Shown here: positions 59,170 through 64,000 of the stretch, piece after piece
How the letters are laid out: each line of letters starts with the position of its first letter
Numbering within the stretch: the first letter of the stretch is position 1
DNA from: Bacteroidota bacterium
GTDB taxonomy: Bacteria > Bacteroidota > Bacteroidia > AKYH767-A > 2013-40CM-41-45
Length of the DNA stretch: 64,000 bases
Direction: 5' to 3'
Assembly (NCBI GenBank): GCA_031417395.1
Contig: JANOVM010000039.1
Location: 5,413-69,412, forward strand
The notes under the pieces: generated by a model
What the model saw: the letters and a program-made list of their open reading frames with translations, nothing else
The model's database searches: none
Told to the model about the DNA's origin: nothing
Made by a program: the position numbers and the translations under genes

Positions 59170-60861
59170 TTAGTTTTTAATTACTCTGAAAGAATTTTTA
59201 GCATCTTCTCCAAGGGTTAAAAGATAAATTCCTGCAGGCAACTTATCCATTTCCACATAATTCTTTTCAGCAGAAAGTATTCCTTGCATTATGGTTTTAC
59301 CAATTGCATCTGTAAGCGTAAAATTAATAGCTTTTGATAATAACGAAGATTGAACAATTAATCGTTCATTAACAGGATTTGGGTAAACAGAAAAAGTCTG
59401 ACTTTGATTTTGTTCAGTAACATAAGTAGGAATTGTACCATACACAGCGACAAAGCAATGCGAGGTTCCCGGAGTTAAAGTTATTGTTGCAGCAGTTGGA
59501 TCCATATCAATATTACCGGTTACATTGCCGCTTATAACAGATGACTGATTGCTTGTACTATTTACAGTGAAGTAATATCCTGCACCATCCAATGCATAAC
59601 CATTCAGAGCATTTCCCGAAGCATCAAGTGTAATTAAAAACGGACTTATTACCTGTACCCCTGAAGAGAGTGTAAGTCCGTTTCCAAAATCGATTGTGCC
59701 ATTCATACTGCCGACGGCCACAATATCATATCCGGAAAAGTCCAGACTAAAATCACCAAAGTTCATTTCGCCTGCATAAGCATTTACCCATAGTAAATTC
59801 ATTGATGAGTCGTATTTGGCAATAAAGCCATCCTGATAAAAACCGGAGGTGGAAATTTTATTTACTGTTCCACTTCCCGGATCGAAATCAACAGTATCCT
59901 GAAACGTGCCGGCAACATAAAAGTCTCCTGTAAATTTGTCTACTATAACTGACTGCGGATTTACTCTGGCTCCGGATGAAAAATCGCCAATCGTCTTTTC
60001 CCAAAGCCGTGTACCGCTGCTGCTGAATTTATTTACACTTAGCTCATAATAACCAACTGTAAGTAAATAACTGTTTCCTGCTCCGTCTGCATCAATACTT
60101 TTATTTGGTATGCCATAAGAGTAAGTAGAGTTTATGTTATTATTCCATAAGTAATTTCCATTTGAATCGTAGCAAACGATATTTCCATTGCTTGATATTG
60201 AGTTGTGAATTCCATTGCCCGGGTCAACATCAACAGGAGGAGTTCCGGATGGATTTGCACTAATTAGTATGTCATTATTTTGAAGGATAGTTAATGCCTG
60301 AACTTCCATATTGCTCGTTGTATTATTACCAATATTAAAAGCAAACATTAAATCACCCGAAGAATTATATTTAGCCACAAAATAATCATTGTAAGTAGGA
60401 AAGTGGCTTCTAAGCGTATCAACTCCTGCTGATAAATCAAAATCCACAACACCAAAGAAATTTCCGACTAATACAATTTCATCATTCGAATTCATTTCAA
60501 CACCAATAAATTCAAATGACGATAAGTTAATTTGTTGACGTGAAAAGTATTTTATCCATAGTAAGTGCCCGTCATTGCTTGTCTTAGAAAGAAAATAATT
60601 ATAGCTCGGAAAACTATTAGATGTATCTGCCGGTCCCGTTCCCGGATCCATATCCGCTACTCCAAGAATTTTTCCTGCCTGAATTATATTGCCATAACTG
60701 TCCGTAGTAATCAGAGAGGGTGAATTATAGGCACTGGCGCCATCGGGGATGTAGGCCCACTGGCAAGGGGTCTGGGAAAAGGATCGTGTATTTTGGAGGA
60801 TGAGGAGGAAAAGGAGGAGCTCTTTCATGGGTTTAAGTTTCGGGAAGGTATATGTTTTCAA
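59170..60861 (-). CDS. Secreted β-propeller-like hypothetical protein with a T9SS type-A CTD, related to the 23503–25116 product
   Basis: Blade motifs 'G(H/N)LLWxK/N' recur as in the 23503 gene. C-terminus 'FSVYPNPVNERLIVQS…GIYLLTLGED'. Confidence 0.65.
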   Translation of the reverse strand: MKTYTFPKLKPMKELLLFLLILQNTRSFSQTPCQWAYIPDGASAYNSPSLITTDSYGNIIQAGKILGVADMDPGTGPADTSNSFPSYNYFLSKTSNDGHLLWIKYFSRQQINLSSFEFIGVEMNSNDEIVLVGNFFGVVDFDLSAGVDTLRSHFPTYNDYFVAKYNSSGDLMFAFNIGNNTTSNMEVQALTILQNNDILISANPSGTPPVDVDPGNGIHNSISSNGNIVCYDSNGNYLWNNNINSTYSYGIPNKSIDADGAGNSYLLTVGYYELSVNKFSSSGTRLWEKTIGDFSSGARVNPQSVIVDKFTGDFYVAGTFQDTVDFDPGSGTVNKISTSGFYQDGFIAKYDSSMNLLWVNAYAGEMNFGDFSLDFSGYDIVAVGSMNGTIDFGNGLTLSSGVQVISPFLITLDASGNALNGYALDGAGYYFTVNSTSNQSSVISGNVTGNIDMDPTAATITLTPGTSHCFVAVYGTIPTYVTEQNQSQTFSVYPNPVNERLIVQSSLLSKAINFTLTDAIGKTIMQGILSAEKNYVEMDKLPAGIYLLTLGEDAKNSFRVIKN

Positions 60862-60958
60862 AATATTAATTTATAAAGCAAGGTAGTGAATTTTATAAAA
60901 TATTAATAGATTTAAATTATTATATAGATTAGGGCGAAAGAAAAAAACTAGATCATTA

Positions 60959-61597
60959 TTAATAAGTCAATTTCACAGGCTTGCTTACCCAAAATGCTTT
61001 AGCAAAAATTGAATACACTAAAATATTTATTGAATTTTGTAAAAACCAGAGTTTTTGAATCATTTCAGTTTCCAATAAACTTGAAATAAAAAATGTAGTG
61101 AAAGCATAAATAAAAATACCAATCAATATCCAAAAAGAGGTTTCATAGTCTTTAAAATCTTTTTCAATATGCTTTAATATTACATATCCTGAAAGCAATG
61201 AAATTGCAATTAAATATGTTGTGTCGAAAATTGAACTGAACTTTTCGGGTGTATTAATAAAATAGTGAGCAATAATCCAGAATGGAATAAGTAGGAGGGA
61301 TGGTTTCCAGGTTATCTTTTTTACCCAGGAAGAACTTGTTGTCATGCTGATAAACCAAAACAAATACACGGATTCAACTAATGAAAATGAATTATAAAAA
61401 AAGTAACCCATTGGATTATCTGTACCTGAGGTAAACCAAATGGAGACATCAACAATAAACCCATATGACAAAAAATATATATATGAACGAAAATATGAAT
61501 TTAATGTATTGTATTTTATTAAACCGATAATTATCGGAATTAATGAAAATATTGTTGCTGTAATTTTAAGTATATGGACGGGATCATTATCGCTCAT
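60959..61597 (-). CDS. Integral membrane protein (≥6 TM), unknown function, in an operon with the upstream lipoprotein gene
   Basis: Hydrophobic segments throughout. 4-nt start/stop overlap (ATGA) with the 61594–62487 gene. Confidence 0.5.
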   Translation of the reverse strand: MSDNDPVHILKITATIFSLIPIIIGLIKYNTLNSYFRSYIYFLSYGFIVDVSIWFTSGTDNPMGYFFYNSFSLVESVYLFWFISMTTSSSWVKKITWKPSLLLIPFWIIAHYFINTPEKFSSIFDTTYLIAISLLSGYVILKHIEKDFKDYETSFWILIGIFIYAFTTFFISSLLETEMIQKLWFLQNSINILVYSIFAKAFWVSKPVKLTY

Positions 61598-62487
61598 TTT
61601 TTATTTTGCGATGGATTTATGCTTGGGCTTGGAGGCCAGTTTTTTTCCATCATAAGCGCCTTATGTGTAGGATCATTATTGTAATAAATTAGGTTTTCAG
61701 TATATACTTTCCCCGCCACTTTGACTTCATGTACTCCTACAAAAACTAATCGAATTTTATTCGGGTTATCACTATTTATTCCGGCTTCATAAGCGAAAAA
61801 ATATCTGATTCCTATACAGGGGTATTCCATATAATGATTTAATGAATCGTGTTGTAAAATTAATGAATCAATTTCGCTTTTATCCATAGTAAGACATATA
61901 TTTGATTGAATTGAATTTCCTTTATCAGTATATTCATTAATAAACTTTTCAGAATACTCAATTAATTCATCTTTTGTTATTGAATTTGTTTTTTCGTATG
62001 TCTTTTCTTCTAAATTAAGTAGATACTCTTTAATGAAATCTGCTGAATAGGAATTAGCATTAAATTTAAAATTACTTTCAGATTTTTCGAAAAAAGTATT
62101 TTCTGGTAGTAAATAGCAATCAGTTTCATTCGCACTATTAATAGCACTTGTATTATAAGCTAAATAAACTCGGTCCCCTAATAAATTTGATTCATAACAA
62201 GGATAAAACTTATATGCTGGAATTGGAGCGATGTGATTTTGCAATTTATCTTTACTAATAAAACCGCCAATGGTATATTTTTTTGCTTTTGAATTAAGGT
62301 CCTCGATTTTCAAAAAATCACTAATAATTCCTGATGCTTTAACTAAGTCAATTTTGTGATTCCAAATTAAGCCATTAATATATTTTTTTTTAGCTTTTTC
62401 GGCATTATCTTCGTGTTGACAAGCTAGTTGATTTAGACTTAAAAAGAGTAAAATAGTAAATCTAAAGTTTTTAAATATATTCTTCAT
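61594..62487 (-). CDS. Lys/Asn-rich lipoprotein, hypothetical (the ORF is open to 62601; start at 62487 gives a proper signal peptide)
   Basis: 'MKNIFKNFRFTILLFLSLNQLAC' signal plus lipobox Cys. Very AT-rich codon usage. Confidence 0.5.
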   Translation of the reverse strand: MKNIFKNFRFTILLFLSLNQLACQHEDNAEKAKKKYINGLIWNHKIDLVKASGIISDFLKIEDLNSKAKKYTIGGFISKDKLQNHIAPIPAYKFYPCYESNLLGDRVYLAYNTSAINSANETDCYLLPENTFFEKSESNFKFNANSYSADFIKEYLLNLEEKTYEKTNSITKDELIEYSEKFINEYTDKGNSIQSNICLTMDKSEIDSLILQHDSLNHYMEYPCIGIRYFFAYEAGINSDNPNKIRLVFVGVHEVKVAGKVYTENLIYYNNDPTHKALMMEKNWPPSPSINPSQNKK

Positions 62488-63064
62488 GATAATATAATTT
62501 ATTTGAGTTAAACAATTAAAAAAAGTAACAGATAATTTAATCCCTGCAAAGATTAAAACATATTCCCCACATTCACAACACCGGCCAATAATTTTCATCA
62601 CTTTTTTCTGAATTATCGGAATTTTTACTTTTTTGCTTTGCTAAAAGACCCATGGAAGTGGTGGAAGATGCAATCAGATTCCATAAAATTACCTGGGCAA
62701 CAACAGGATTGATCTTAGAATCTACGTTTTTTTCAGAGTCGTTTATTTTGTTGGTTTCGTCAGACATGATTGTAGAGTTTTACTTGATTAACTGCAGTTT
62801 CAAGGCGCAGATTTTCCTTTTTCTGACGTTAAACTACTATGAGGATGGGGCCTCTTTCAACCATAAAACAGGATGTGGAAGGGTTGAATTTGAATTCGGA
62901 AGAAATGGGTTAGAGTTCGGTAGCTGTTTTTTGCTCCGATTTCAATATTTCCTGCAAAAGCCAATAAATTAATATTGACTTTATTTTAGTCCTTAATTGA
63001 ACATTTCAAAACGCCCGCATTTAGTATGTCCCGTAGGGACAAAATATGTGTAAAATCGTAAAAC

Positions 63065-63814
63065 CTAAAGCTTATTCAATGCATTTAAAAACTGCTCTTT
63101 TTTTCTTCTCGAAATTTCCACTTCAGCACCGTCAATCATTTTTGCAATGCCGCCTTCACCTTTAATATATTCTTTTATGTACCGAAGGTTGATAATATGC
63201 GAATTATGTACGCGTAGAAAATTGTAGTCTGAAAGCAGCTCTTCATACTCCTTTAATGTTTTTGAAACGACTATCTGCCGTTTGTCTTTTAGGAAAAAAG
63301 TAGTGTAAGTATTGTCCGACTGACAGCGAATAATTTCATCAACATTTATAAAGACATAACCTGTCTGTGTTGGTAAAGCAATCCTCGAATTATCGCCGGA
63401 ACTATTTTTAAAATTGTTTAATAAAAGTTCAAAGTGATTTAATGTATTTTTCGAAAGCATTTTTTCTTCAAACTTATTAATGGCAATACGGAGATCTTCT
63501 ATGCCAAAAGGTTTCAGTAAATAATCAACAGCGGAAAATTTAAATGCTTTAATGGCAAATTCTTCATAAGAAGTAGTGAATATTATATTGAAATCGATTG
63601 CAGGAAAACTTTCCAATAAATCGAAACTAGTTTTTGGCGGCATTACAACATCAAGAAAAACTAAAACAGGTTTTCGGTTTTTTATCATTTCAATACCTTC
63701 GTCAACAGAAGAAGCAATACCAAGCAGATTAATTTTCGGAAAATTTTCTTGCAGCATTTTTACAAGTATTTCCTGTTCGTGTTTTTCGTCATCAATTATC
63801 AGGGTAGAATACAT
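63065..63814 (-). CDS. Two-component response regulator, REC + LytTR DNA-binding domain
   Basis: REC 'LIIDDEKHEQE…VLVFLDVVMPP'. LytTR 'IALPTQTGYVFINVDEIIRCQSDNTYTTFFL…LRVHNSHIINLRYIKEY'. Confidence 0.85.
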   Translation of the reverse strand: MYSTLIIDDEKHEQEILVKMLQENFPKINLLGIASSVDEGIEMIKNRKPVLVFLDVVMPPKTSFDLLESFPAIDFNIIFTTSYEEFAIKAFKFSAVDYLLKPFGIEDLRIAINKFEEKMLSKNTLNHFELLLNNFKNSSGDNSRIALPTQTGYVFINVDEIIRCQSDNTYTTFFLKDKRQIVVSKTLKEYEELLSDYNFLRVHNSHIINLRYIKEYIKGEGGIAKMIDGAEVEISRRKKEQFLNALNKL

Positions 63815-64000
63815 ATTGGAAAAACTTATTTGTGATTAGGTATGAAGAGTCAAATAATAATGTTGTGGTAATACGACGTTGGTTACTGCCAAACTTTTCA
63901 TTCGAATTATTCGTTAAGTTTTAGTTTCATCATTATGTCAGTCTGATTGTCATTACCCAATTTAAAAACGTGTTTATCAAATTCAACGAAGCCATTTTTC

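Noticed and set aside
1-64000. Looked for tRNA/rRNA genes, transposases, integrases, CRISPR repeats and toxin–antitoxin pairs
   Set aside because: No T-arm/anticodon-arm-like GTTCGA(A/T)TCC motifs were seen in intergenic regions, and no DDE/Tyr-recombinase motifs in any ORF translation. This was a visual scan only and is not exhaustive. tRNAscan/ISfinder would be decisive.

Overview
This window looks like a low-GC chromosome segment from a Bacteroidota organism (Cytophagia/Flavobacteriia/Sphingobacteriia-like). The evidence is twelve proteins ending in T9SS/Por C-terminal sorting domains (ten type A, 'xYPNPxxG…' β-sandwich; two type B, the 'gliding-motility-associated' CHU_C tail) and the absence of classical SD sites before most genes.

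Content:
- Two giant adhesin-like proteins: 1543 aa (5'-truncated at the window edge) and 1694 aa.
- A paralogous family of three surface proteins sharing an N-terminal domain but carrying different CTD types.
- A tail-fibre-like T9SS cargo gene interrupted by a single in-frame TAG.
- Housekeeping genes: kbl, rnhA, pdxA, pepA, ribE, metF, rfbA, an M1 aminopeptidase, a polyprenyl synthase, an MqnC-like radical SAM and BCCP.
- A nuoA–F block that stops after nuoF.
- A radical-SAM/SPASM + WD40 pair.
- An XRE–S24 (LexA-like) repressor with an upstream palindrome.
- An ABC ATPase/permease pair.
- An MMPL/RND exporter with an outer-membrane protein and nucleotide-sugar genes.
- An orphan REC–LytTR regulator locus.

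No rRNA, tRNA, CRISPR, transposase or integrase was recognised by eye.

Non-coding observations:
- A recurrent 18-bp palindrome (ATCCGAT-N4-ATCGGAT) sits immediately 3' of three unrelated stop codons.
- A (GCTA)4 six-frame-stop microsatellite.
- Several hairpin terminators.

All calls come from reading the translations and sequence by eye. No database search was run.
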